64,000 bases of DNA from Botryllus schlosseri (lineage: Eukaryota), in assembly GCA_051294905.1 (NCBI GenBank), contig CM119378.1, positions 2,978,001 through 3,042,000 of the forward strand. Reading direction: 5' to 3'. Position 1 is the stretch's first letter. Every line of letters starts with the position of its first letter. The position numbers and the translations under genes are program-made. Positions 13,001 to 25,800 of the stretch are shown here, piece by piece. The notes below the pieces were generated by a model. That model ran no database searches, was not told where the DNA came from, and saw only the letters and a list, made by a program, of their open reading frames with translations.

Positions 13001-16000
13001 ACTTCTAATATTATACGCACATTATACGGTCTTCAGCAATATGTGTTCTTTTCTCACCATCTCGCTTAGCCAAGATGATCAAGAATATGATATCAAGATA
13101 TATTCAGCATTCCGACATTCCATTTATCTTCTAACTAAATCATAGCCGCTACGTCTGCTCCTACAAGCGTGATGATTCTCACAAGAGAAACACCGAGCCA
13201 GACTTCGTCGCCACAAGCAGACATCGGCGACGCTACTGTAACTTATCCAGCAGGTACGGGGTTATGAATATATACTGTTCCACGTATACGATAGATAGAG
13301 TGGATTTCTTTTGTAAGGTTAAATGTATGTGTATTGTGTATAGGGCACAGTCAAAAGGTGCTCCGCGAAAATATAGGCTATCTTAGAATTATACAATATT
13401 ATAATCCAATTAGAAATTAGAACAGGCGCAAATGGGGTACGAAAGAGCGTATAGGCACGTAGATAGGTAGGATTTATAACAATGCTTTACACCAGGGGTT
13501 TTAAACTTTTTAGGCCGCAACCCGAATCTGAGTTTAGTGGCATCTCGCGACCCAAAACCTATATTAGTATGCTACACGTTTTTACGGGCTTGTATGATAT
13601 AGCGATTATGCAGACTAGGGGTGTTCAAAAATGCCCTTTTTCTCAAATTGTACTGGCTACTTGATAAAATTGTTAGGTTGCCTAATTTAAGCCTACACAC
13701 CAAATTCGGTTCAATTCCAGCGAGTAGCCGCATTGCTACAGGAGATGAAAGTTACTATTTATTATATAAAAATAAATAATTGAATATTTCAAAAGTTTCT
13801 GTTCAGCCAGTGAAAGTGTTAGGTTGTCTACAGAAACGATATTCACCGAATTTGGTTCAATTCCAACCGGTGGAAGTGGAGTTATAGCCGTTTAAAAATT
13901 TGGATTATCAATAAAATAGTATTTACGGTGGCCAACTCTTCAATTATTTATTATAGTTGTGCTCACCGTAAATACTATTTTATTCAAATCCGAAGTTTTC
14001 GACGGCAATAACTTCGCTTCCACTCGTTGGAATTAAGCCAAATTTGGTGAACATCGTTTGTATGGACCAGTGGTTCTCAACCTTTTTGACCTCGCGGCAC
14101 CCCTTAGAAATGAAAAATAGATCGCGGCACACCATCACAGTGGTTCTGAACTTTTTTGGCTTACGGCACCTGCAAACTACCAGAATACTTATTATGACCC
14201 AGTAGTAACGCCGACTAATGTCACCACCCCTGCAGTCAATCCAAAATGTCTCTGTACTTCCTTTCTTTTAACATAAACTTCTCCATTTTAATATTTCTAA
14301 AAGTAAACTTTTGTACGTAAAGCGTCCCTCATATAGCTTACTAAGTCGTGATAGAAAGTCGTCGTTTTCCTCGGGTCAGAATATCGTTCCTTCGTGATTA
14401 CAACAAACATGGCGTATTCAGACGAAAGTAAGGGGGTAATTTTGATACATGACTTCACAGAAACTTCGAGCTGCCCTTAGATACTATTTCATAAGATTTT
14501 TTTGACAATAAATCTCTCGACTGCCGCATTCGGTCGAAGAGGTCAAGCACGATCGTCACTAACGAATACGGACGCGTAGAGGTGTAGGCTATGCAATGCA
14601 TTTTTACGCAGATCGTGTAGCACAGTGGTTCCCAACCTTTTCCCACCCACGTACCATTTCGAGGTTTGATGCAGTGCTGCGTACCACCTACAAGTTTCGC
14701 GCGCCGAAGGCGGTCAAAATTGTTCCCCCATTTATGACGTCATAAGCACGTATTTGACCTATGCGATGTGTGATAAGAAATTCTATTAAACTAGGCATTA
14801 TCAGTTAGAGCTGATTGGATGCATGGAATTGTTTTTCACCATCGGTCACAGAAAAGACCAACATAATGAATTAACAACGAACAACAAAAGTCAATTTATA
14901 TAATGCGATGGCTGCATTTTCACTAGCTCAGCGGCGACCAACCTTTTCGGCCAAAGAGCCACGTGAGATCTGCGAACCATTGTCAGACCCCTTGAATGTT
15001 GATGACCTTTTTTTAGCCACCCGATAGGAGCGAACCGGATCAGGTAATGATGAAAACAAGACCGCGCGAAGCGCGAAAATTTTCAAAGTGAATGAGTTAG
15101 GCCAATATTAATGTCACTTGCATATATTGCGGGTCACCTCTGTATACCACGGGACTCACTTGGCAAACACAGGATTATTCGGACATATTAATACTGACGA
15201 TTTCGGTGAACATGCGTCTATCATTTTGTGCCAAAGTTTCATTGCCGATCATCTTCATCATCATCTCTGCAAGTGCAGACGCGAAGTCGGATGCTGGACG
15301 GCACGTTCTCTCATAGTTGTCAATATAGTCAATTCCGTAGATTGGGCGTATTTTTATATTCAGGAAGGGCTACAAAAAGCATGAAATTGAGCGACAATAA
15401 ATCGCGCGAAGTGATAAGAGAAATATCAAGCCAAAGAAATCTACAATGAAATATTCTAATTTATGGCATTTAGGGAGATCTACGAAAATTGTTTCTGGCT
15501 CCTAGCTACGCCAATGCGTCGGAAGTGGTATTTAGGTCATCAACATCACAACTTTCGGGGTCAGACTAATCAAGTTTTTGTTTGGTCTTGGAAGTTCACA
15601 GTAAATTACCTTAGTAATTTGTTATCTGATACTACAACTAATTTCGGGAATCATGTCGCGGGCCACATTTGACCCGCGGGCCACGGGTTGGTCACCCCTG
15701 CACTAGCTGGGCGATGCGTGGCATGCGTTTGCTCACGGCGCATCAAAAGTCATGCATGGGCGCAACAAGTTGGTTTCGTTTCTTCGACTTGATAGTCATC
15801 AGGAATGAAAATCCGTGCTCGCACTCCCACGTAGAAGAGAAAATTAACAGCTGGGGAATAGCGTGAAAAGCTAGCGTATAATACGAGGAAGCGATGCTAG
15901 AAAAACTTAAAATCAACGCCACCTGAACTAATAACCCCCTTCGGTCGAAAAGGAACCATAATCTCCTCGCGCACCACCTGGAAGACCTTCGCGTACCACA

Positions 16001-19000
16001 GGTTGGGAGCCACTGGTGTAGCACGAGTGAGGATAGCCACACCTCAATAGTTCTACTGGCAGTCACCCGCAGTTAAAGTATATTTTCAAGCCCAACAAAC
16101 CAAGTTTTTATTCTCAGCGGCGAAGAGTTTTGTTAACTGATATAATTTGATCAACATCACTTCTCAACTCTCATATTCGCGGACAGTAGCACAAAGTTGT
16201 GCTACAAGCCTGTATTTTAACGGAAGTGCCGACACGATACCTAACAATCGCAATGTGGATTGCCAAGTTTGTAATTCGAATTTGGAAACCCGAAGGTAAA
16301 GTCCAATGGAGTTTTTTTCTCGCTGGTGATTGGGGAGACAATGAGGATTAGAAAACTTCATTGTCATACAGGCGCCGCCATGTCTGCTCTTCTCTGCGAT
16401 CAATCAACTTATTGTGCAAAATTGAATTCAGCCTTCAAAGGCACGCGATCTGTCCGGTTAAGCGAATTCGAAGGGGATATTGATTGCAGCCTTAACATCA
16501 ATTTTGATTTGTCAAATGTACAAACTTCACATCAAGCTCGATTCAGATTATTATTGATCGTTTGCTATAGACTAGAATTATTTTGCGCATAATTTCAAAA
16601 TCCAGAAGAAATCGCTCGCGGCACACCTGCGAGACCTAAATGGCACACTAGTGTGCCGCGGCACACCGGTTGAGAACCACTGGTATAGACAACCTAACAC
16701 TTTCATGGCGTGAACAGAAAATTTTGAAATTTTTTTCTTATATATTTTTATATAATAAATAGAAACTTTCTTCTCCTGTAGCAATGCGGCTACTCGCTGG
16801 AATTGAACCAAATTTGGTGTGTAGGCTTAAATTAGGTCACCTAACAATTTTATCAAGTAGTCAGTACAATTTGAGAAAAAAAGGCATTTTTTAATGCCCC
16901 TAATGCAGACGACAGTCTTATGCAACGCAGCACTATGAAATATTTTTGTCGCACGCGTTTTCTACTACTGTCTACTGATCTACTCATATCGTGCTGACTG
17001 CCGCCCATTTCGACGACCGGACATGTAAATATTAACGGTTTTGGCCAACTCTTAGCGACGGTAATTTTTGGCAGAGGTTTTATCACCGCAGAGCTTGTTG
17101 ACACCTCACTTTTGCCATCGGTGTGGTGGCCAAAACTTCACGTCATCACGTGTTACAGTGCGGAAAGTGGGTTGCTCTCGAAATTTCTGTGGCTCATATA
17201 GTCCTGGAACCGATCGTTGCACAGCACACCCCTATAACAAAGCATCCCAACGGTCTCCAACGGTGTTTTCCATAGAACCCAATGTCGGACAAATCGTTTA
17301 ATAGATTGCAACCAATTTTTCTGCATGTCTCGCTTATTGACTTATTGTACCCAAGACAGCGACCTCGGAAATATACAAACTATCCACATGAAATCGCGCG
17401 AAGCGCGAAGAAATTTTTCGATGCAAGAATTTCAACAAATATTATATACATATATTAGATCGCTCTAGTGTTGTCGCGACCCAAAATTATATCCTTCGCG
17501 ACACATACTTTGAGAACCCCTGCTTTATACCATGAATCTATCAGAACCGTCTCTCCCGCAAAGCAACCAAAAGACCTATGCTATATAGCGATTAAATATA
17601 TGCAAGCTACATAGAAAGGAAAACGTTGATTGATACTGATGGTCGGCTGAAACCGTGCAATAATTTAATTAAAAGACACAAATAAGGAAATGCCGTTCAG
17701 TCGCTCACAATTGGCGTGAAATTTTCAATCGACACCCCACGAACGAGGTCTCTGAATTCTGAAGTATGTTCTGTTTTAGTGTAACACCTTCTCGGTGTGA
17801 ACACACACTCTCAGAGTGCAGGGCGAAGCACAAAGTATTGTCAAGTTGCTTGTAAGACAACCGTTGTTCTGTACAACGGCTTACCGCGCAGATGCTGGAT
17901 CCATAATAATTCGCTGTTCGACAGAAGTATCAGTCTGAATCATTCTAATGCCGATGAAAAATGCGAAGAGATGTAATCGGCTTTCGTAGATTTTACTCAT
18001 GATCCTTTCTCTACAGGAACATCCAGCAACACTACGCCCACAAAAGCGAAATTCGACAGCACTACATCTTATTCCGATAAAACTACATCAACAGGTAGGC
18101 CTATTCATTAAAATATATAGGGCGGGATCTATTACTTGTATTGAAAGTTCTCAATTAGTGTTGTGAATAGTTAATATATTGAATCTGCATCGCTGTCAGG
18201 CAAAGCGATTCATTTGCCGTACATTTGAGCGTGCGACAGAAATGAAAAGAAATTAGTGTCCAGGGGGCCCTTCCCGCTTAAAGAGCTTTACAACCCTAAA
18301 GTCAGATTCGTCCTACAAATTACAAAATTCCCTCCGAGTGGGAAATTCCGTCTGGTTAAGACTGGGGTTATTGAACTTTTTTGGTCACGAACCCCTTCCA
18401 GCTTTGTGGGACGTCGCGAGCACCCCCATGACTAGAAGAGAGATTTATACATGTATGGCTGAACGCTGGTCTACCAAACAAAACGCAAAAAAAGATGAAA
18501 TTAAGCAGCGGTGCTTCATAAATCCGGTTTCCACGGATACTTTGTGTTGAGTTGACCTTATTTTAGCTAACCGTGGCGGCAGTTCCTGAAAATCCAGGTT
18601 TTCACGTGTGGTTCGTGAAGGGTTGACCTTTTTTAGTCTTCTGTCCAATCACTAGAAGCACTAGAAGCAAAAAAGAAAGAAGACGGCGTGCAAAAAAAGA
18701 GGACATTTATTGAAAAAAAGAGGAAAAATCCTCCAAAGATGGCATATGGTATCGCTACCGTAAACCCCCTAAAACTAGTTTGCGTACTTCTAAGCAAGGG
18801 CTTCGTGAACCCCATTTAAGAACCACTGGGTTAGGACCTACTGAGCTAGAGTGACCTCATGTTTGACCGCATGGACCGTGTCATGTTGGGTACGGGCACA
18901 CTTTCTCTCGAAAGAGCGGTATTGTAATTGACTTTACGTAAGTCAGCGGTTCACGCAATATTCAGAGATTCTGTTGGGAATCATGCCTTGATTTTCTTGA

Positions 19001-19192
19001 TATGCCGGGATCTCGATCGCCTGATTAGACAGGTTAGGTTAGACTTTATCCGCACGTTATCTCGTTGAACATTGCAAAGCGTAATCTCATTCTTATTGTA
19101 CGAATATCATTTTAGGCACGGCTACGGGCTTGTCAGCTGGTGCAGTTATCGGAATTGTGGCTGCTGTAATAATGGTATTCATTCACGACTGA
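10004..19192 (+). CDS. Paralog B: signal peptide, Cys ectodomain, S/T stalk and a truncated hydrophobic C-terminus (~254 aa)
   Basis: Exons: 10004-10055 (MISEWVALSLLAFASAS), 12105-12305 (VNADGHGHRCRQLIMN...FCLEVTPPNISVGFLF...IITY), 12551-12799 (DTATG...GCLIAQFDNAC...KCPHDVSVK...RATT...NQYLGYFTNCN), 13146-13253, 18017-18094, 19116-19192 (GTATGLSAGAVIGIVAAVIMVFIHD*). All internal introns are phase 1 GT-AG and the frame is open; Cys pattern shared with C and D. Confidence 0.75.
10365..11631. mobile_element. hAT MITE with GCTCCG repeats in intron 1 of gene B, containing a nested MITE at 10513-11207
   Basis: TIR CAGGGCTTTGGAGC/GCTCCAAAGCCCTG, TSD TTCCTGAT; inner element TSD GTCTATAT/GTCTATAA. Confidence 0.85.
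13493..17522. mobile_element. Five-level nested stack of hAT-type non-autonomous elements in an intron of gene B
   Basis: 13493-17522 (TSD CTTTACAC/CTTTATAC) > 13616-16902 foldback (ATGCAGAC) > 14068-16682 (GTATGGAC/GTATAGAC) > 14623-16015 (GTGTAGCA) > 14929-15700 (CACTAGCT); each has TIRs. Confidence 0.88.
18362..18828. mobile_element. Decayed hAT MITE
   Basis: TSD GGTTAAGA/GGTTAGGA; right TIR AAGAACCACTG. Confidence 0.6.
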
Positions 19193-22100
19193 AGTGTAAA
19201 CGGTGGAACGAGCAGACCGCGGAACACGCAATATGAAACGGCGGACCGGCGGACTAGCACGAAATCCACAATGAAAACGACGGACCGTAGAACATGGACA
19301 ACTCTATATATCTTTACATTTTCAAGTGATTTTTCTATTATACTTTCGGAGTTACTTAAATTTTTATCTCATTTTAAAAGTGTTGTCAAGTAAATTTATT
19401 TTGTGAAGTACTTTAATTCTGCATCGTCAAGTTACAATTCAATTAAACTTTTTGTCCTTGTCGTGCTGTACTATATATGCTTCACAATTGTGTGTAATAC
19501 ACTTCAAACGGACATGACATTGTAATGAGTTTACACGAGAATGCATATATTAAAGGTGGGTTTCGCACGTGGTACCCGTACCATCAGAAGTAACGAAATT
19601 CTTATTTTCGGATAATGACAGTAGGTTTTTGTCTACTTGCTATCCGTGCCCAAGTGCCCACTTGCAATATGGACGAATATTCCGCATCCGACCCGTATTC
19701 ACGCAGAGTATCGTCAATTCTCATTCGAATGCAAACAGGACACTGTAGAACGAGGATAACAAAGATACGGGCCGCCCAGAGCATTTCACCCGTCCAGCGA
19801 AGTATTTTTGAGTAAACGGAAAGTTGCTTGTACCATGCAGCCGATTTCTGACAAAATTTGATATTTTTACTGAGAATTACTTTCACATAAATAATAATCC
19901 CTCAAGACTGCAAATGTCGAACATGTTCAATAGTTTACAAGTCGCATTACCACCATCCGCCTGCAATGGACCAAAACTATACCCATTCTTACAAGCAAAA
20001 AGCCTATGCGAAACCGTTGTATAACAGTTATATATCAGTTTCACATAAAATAAAATTAAAATATCTTTTGACGAGCAGCTTTTTAACTTCTGGCGCACCA
20101 GGTCCCCGGCATCCAGACAAACTTGACTGGTGATTTCATAATATTGAACAAAATCCCATCATCTGCATTACTCTTAAATCGCTTGTTTTCCTCGCAACGC
20201 ATGCACATTGCGCAATGGCAACTTCGCATCGTGACTAAAACTGAAGGAAAATAGAAATATTCGTCGTTAGATTCACTATTCTCGCGGTTTATAACTGTAT
20301 TCAATCAACCAATCACCATATTTTTTGCAATTCCGTTGCTTTCTAATGAAGTGGTTGCTAGAGCTGAGCCCCGATCATTAATAGATTGACCATTGTCAGC
20401 TAGTAAAATGAGGACTGTGGGAGCGCTTCGTATTATGCAAAATGAAATGGATAATTGCGTCAGCTCATGTTAAAACGCAATACTATCTTTACTGGAAGAT
20501 GCTATAAATTCAAAGATCGCTATGATCGTAAAACAAATATCAACATAGGTTATACCGGTCATCAATTGCGTTTTATAATACTAGACGTCTGGATCCCTTA
20601 TCACGTTTTCTGGCATTATACAAATTTCTGTAAATCAGTGCTTGTTCGCCTTTGGAGAATGTTGCGACCAGTTCACGCACTAGCACTAATCCTAATTCCT
20701 AATCGAAATAAGGATGAGCAACCGAGTAGGGCTGCATGGTAACAGACATCTTATATTCATAAAAACACAACAAAATCAGTCATTCAAAACGAGCGTTTAT
20801 CTTGAATTTCTCCAGTCAGTTCATAGCGGAACTGGCCGCTACGAAATTTGAAAAGTAGCCCGTGACCCGTTTCGAGTTGGCGACACCTGGTTTAGATGTA
20901 CAATACACTACGTTTTGTATAATACACGGTAGTACGGTAGTATAGCTCAGTAGCACATTAGTATAATACACAGCTCGTGCAGTTTTTACGGGAGATAATT
21001 ATTCTTTATTCACAGTAAGAAACTGGTCAATACACATATAATCCGGGGATCAACCTGCACCTAAAGAAAAATGGCAAGATTGGAGTAATTTTTTAAAATT
21101 TCAGCAATACAGCCAAATTGTTATTCCTGTGCAATACATGGAGAAGTCAGATTACAGAATTGCAGTAGATGAAGAATTGGCACGGGTTACAGAGCAGAGG
21201 TAGAGATGATTGAAAATGAAGAATCGAAATTACAGAAATTATGCTGTGATTCACTAGTGTAATATTAGTCCAGTGGTGCATTCAAGGCCTTCCAAAGAAT
21301 ATGCACACTGCACAGTATGCCCAATTATTATTATCATTATCATAACTACAGCTGCGAATGGAGTGCCACTTGTCGCATCTAAAGGCCTGAAGGCGGACTG
21401 CGCTGCATTAACGTTCCGGGCATTCGCATCACGTGAAGTATAGGCTAGTGTGCACTATATACACTGTTCAGTGCACAGTCAGTGAATGGTATATATCCCC
21501 GCGTAGCTTGTACGACCGAAAATACCCGAAGTATGACTCCGGAAAATCGATGTAGAATTGCTCGGTGTAATAAGTACTAAGTAGGCATAAATAATCTCCT
21601 TATTCTGCTGGTCAGGCTGTCATGACCAGTAAAATAAAGGTATTTGAAACCGTTAAAACCAAATAAATGGAATTAGTATACACCGCGTGTTGAGATCATT
21701 TCTTCAATGTCTCCTGCGCTAGGAAATGAATGCATTCTGAAGTTGCACTCAAAGCATTCGACTATACCTCTAGCAAAACTGTTCCGATCGACAGTATCGC
21801 GTCTAAATAAATTTCTGAATTTATGTATAGTCTACAATCGGCAATCAAGGACAATGTCCTTTCTCGATTTCACGCCATTGCCCCCAATCACACAATGAGG
21901 GTGTGGTCGTCACGCCTTAGTTGAACATCACTTTATGCTTTTGTTTATAGGGCGTCTAGATGCAGAGCTTGACCATACGCTGAGATGTTGACGAATAGCC
22001 ATATAATATTGCGATATACGTCTATAAATAGATTTCCCGCGCGAATTCAACAAAGGGAAGACGTTTTGCAATACATGAGTCAGTATATTGCAGATGCATT

Positions 22101-22837
22101 GACGGCAATGGATAAATTGGTTTGCTGTATTCCATATTTGCAGACATAATTACTACTTATCTAGCACAATTTCACGTCAAACGATGACATGAGTTATATT
22201 ACCAATGTGGCTGACTTCTATGGAGAAAACAAAATGTTTACGAGCGCTTGTCCAAATGGGATCGCGTATTCTTCAAAAAGAATGTCCTGAAAATCATTCG
22301 AGTCGAGATCTACGCCTTCGCCGCGCCGCCTCAGACTGCGAAGAACGATGATTCGTTGGATTCGATCACGAGATAGATTCAATAAGATGGTGTAACACCC
22401 ATTGAGGTATATATATATATAAGGATGCCCAATTTATCGTCGGCTACTACAACATGGCTTCAGCGTGACCTTAGCGAGTGCCGCACTGTCGTTTCGAGAA
22501 TTCGAGGTTTCTTGTTAGACGCCGTAGTTGTGTGTCTTATTTTGTATAACTAGAAGGGCTCGAAGGCCTCTTACAAAAGTCAAATGTTGCACTCGACCAG
22601 CGCATCGTATTCTGCTTTTTCGTATCTAGTCGGCTTGTGCAGTCCAATCTATCAGACCGGTAGCTCGCGTGTCTTTATTTAAATCACATAATGCGTCCTT
22701 CCTCATTATCCGCACATGGAATGCATGCACACTGCACAGTGTTGATATTTTATGTTGAAAGATTCGTCAGACGTTACTATCTGCTCCATTATATTTTTGG
22801 AAAAAGGCAAACATAGCTATTATAGATATTCTGAATA

Positions 22838-25800
22838 ATGATCAGAACAGTGATTACGGCCGCTTTACTGATTGCTTGCGTTCAAGGTGGGTGCGAGTTT
22901 CCTTATAGTCAACATAATTTCCAAATGTTCAATTCTTTATCGCTATTTTGCATTTTGTGAAAGTGCGCGTCTACATCAATGAACTCTCTTTTAAAATTGT
23001 ACCAGCAGATGATGAAGTTTGTGCTTTTACCGCTTTTTATAGGACAATAACTCTATATTCCTGCTCAGCCAACTTATACTTTCAATTTCAATATATCCCG
23101 ACGATCCACCCATGAGATAGACTGTACCAAAGGATATACACAGTTTGGTATTGTATATTCTGCCCTTTTGTGGGCTGATAATATTTGGTAATTAGCTTTA
23201 AATGCTATCAGTATCTTGGGGTCGTCGTATCTAAAAAAAACGATCTATCAAGCATTCTTCAAACTTCCTTCATTAGCATCCCCGTGACTTTTTGAACACG
23301 AATACGAAACTGCAAAAATTGGTACACAATACACACTCGTCATTGCTGACTCGAGTATATTCCAGAATGACTGAATACCAAAGACACCGGCGGCAATAGA
23401 ATTTTGAAGTCATCACCAAGCTGCCTTCGCACCTTCACGAGAGTTAAAGTCATTCAAATACATTTTAAACGAAATTGGATTATTGCATCACGAATTGGTG
23501 TATAGATACTGGATAGTATTCGTGCAAGTACATTCGCGCGTCGAATGTCAAAAAAATGTAGTAAAAATGTCTAAATGGCGTCAGTCTTTGTTTTGATTCA
23601 GTTCCGCTGAGATCATGCACTCACGTGTGCTTTGTTGACGTCCTACGCAGATAGACCATTGTTCAGCCCGTGATGACTGGTTCATAGAAGATGCATTACG
23701 CTAAGCCTTTACGTAAATGTACACGTGACAGTTAGGAAACAAAGACAATATTACACGCTGCTGCCTCCACATGACCGCGTTTAGACGTTTCGAAATCTTG
23801 ACATGCACCAGCAATCTATGAAATGGAACTTTCCACAGCTTAAACCCGCGGTATATCCGTCTTACTCATATTTATTGAGATACATTTAATTTGCAGCAAG
23901 TGGTGAAGCATGTGACAGGACTATTACTCTCGACCATCCCGAGTCGGGTGGCACAAAGAAGATGTACGATGAGCATGAAGGGCTGGAATGTCTGCAAATT
24001 ATCACACCTGAAATCGATACACCTTTAGGCATGCTGCTAAAGCTTGGAGGCGATATATCCCTCCCGGAAAACGACGATATCTCACGCATTTACGGTAAGA
24101 CAGTTGCCTACAAACCAGCGGCTATTGTGTAAAAACACAGGACTATATCATATTGTTTCAATTCGCAGGCTTCGAAAGCGAACTGCCGTGTAACGACTCT
24201 GCAGTTCCATGCTGTCTCATATTGACCTTCAGCAAGTCTTGTAGCGTTTGGAAAGAAAAAATCTACGGCGAGTGTCCTGGGCGAGTCGATATGAAGATGA
24301 TTCATGGAAATTTGTCAATGGCGTTGCCTCGCGCGACTACATCCAGATCAGTGCGCAGCAGCTCTAATTCATCTGCAACTGTTGAATACAAGTACATCAA
24401 CACTTATGATGGAATATTGCTAGATTGTACCGGTAAGTACCGAAACATGATTGATGGGATATTGTCTGGTTGTTCCGATATTCCGAAACATGACTACTGA
24501 GAGCGCTTGCTGGTAGGCCTGCCCTACACCGTCATTCCGCAAACTGTACGACACCCATTCGTTTGGACCGTTGATTTGCGTCGCATTAATGGGTGTACTA
24601 TTTTAAATTAGTCATTTACTTATCGAAGACAGGAAGAATCCAAAAATAGTGTTCAATAGAACATGCCCCGTGACCGTCTCACTATGGAAGGCGATTGTTT
24701 TTTAAAATATCCAGAGATAGAGATAGCTAGAGATAAGTATGGCTTCAAAACAACACGAGATATACAACATACCGCAAAAGGCTTTGTTTCACCATAGTGT
24801 CCTATATGGGTGAGTTCCAGGACAACTAGCAAAATAAAATATATATTTTCGCAATTAGTACCGCGGTAGCATTCGATTGATGCCAATTTTATCAATTTTT
24901 GCGTTCGGCAAATCGGTCGAAAATTACCGTAAAGTTGCCTTTGGCCAAATGGAAAGTGTGACGTAGACCAATTGCAGTGAACCGTGAGATTTGCTTGCGT
25001 CCACAGTTCACACCATATAGGACACTATGGTTTTTCACTGATGCATCGGCTAAATGTAATATGGCCGCTCGTATTGTCCCTGAATTTGCGAATTATCTTT
25101 TAGACTTAGACCAGTGGTTCTCAACCGGGGGTCCGCGAAGCATTTTCAGGGGGTCCGCGAGACCTCTAAATTTGCAAAATGATTGGAAACGAATTTGTAA
25201 CTTTTTTAAATTAGGGAAATCACGAAGCAGTTTCGCTTCTAACTGCTAATGCTTCAGCAAGCACATCAACAGAATGGCCGTATGAGATTAAATATCCTAG
25301 GGGTGTCCAACTCAAATTACGTGGCGGGCCGGATTCAAACATTCCCAACGCTCGCGGGCCGCACGCTTTGCTTTTCACTTGAACACCTTATTTCCAAGCA
25401 GTATACTACAATTGTATCACGGATCATAGGGGCTTTATTCTAGCACAGCGGTTCTCAACCGGGGGTCCTCGGACCCCTGGGGGTCCACGAAGCCTCAAAA
25501 TAGTTGATAACCTAATTTGTTTTCTTTTATTCGTAAAAATACGAGGCAGTTTCGCTTCATTACTGGTGGAACTCCAGAGCTCACATCAACAAAATGGCCG
25601 TATGAGATGAAATATCCTACTGTGCAGATTCATTTTAATTGCTAAACTGCCAACAGCATAATGATACAAACATTTTGCAATTTAGAGCTGTTTTGTTGGG
25701 GTGATGAGTAAGGTCAATCATGGCGACTTCGAACGATTTACCAAAATCCATTTTATCCTGTGATACACACGACCATTTTTCCATAATAACTTCAAGATAA

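Noticed and set aside
19540..20400. Minus-strand Cys-containing ORF pieces (CPVC..., CHCAMCMRC) suggesting a RING or transposon protein
   Set aside because: Fragmented across frames with no complete motif; possibly decayed TE coding sequence but unassignable.
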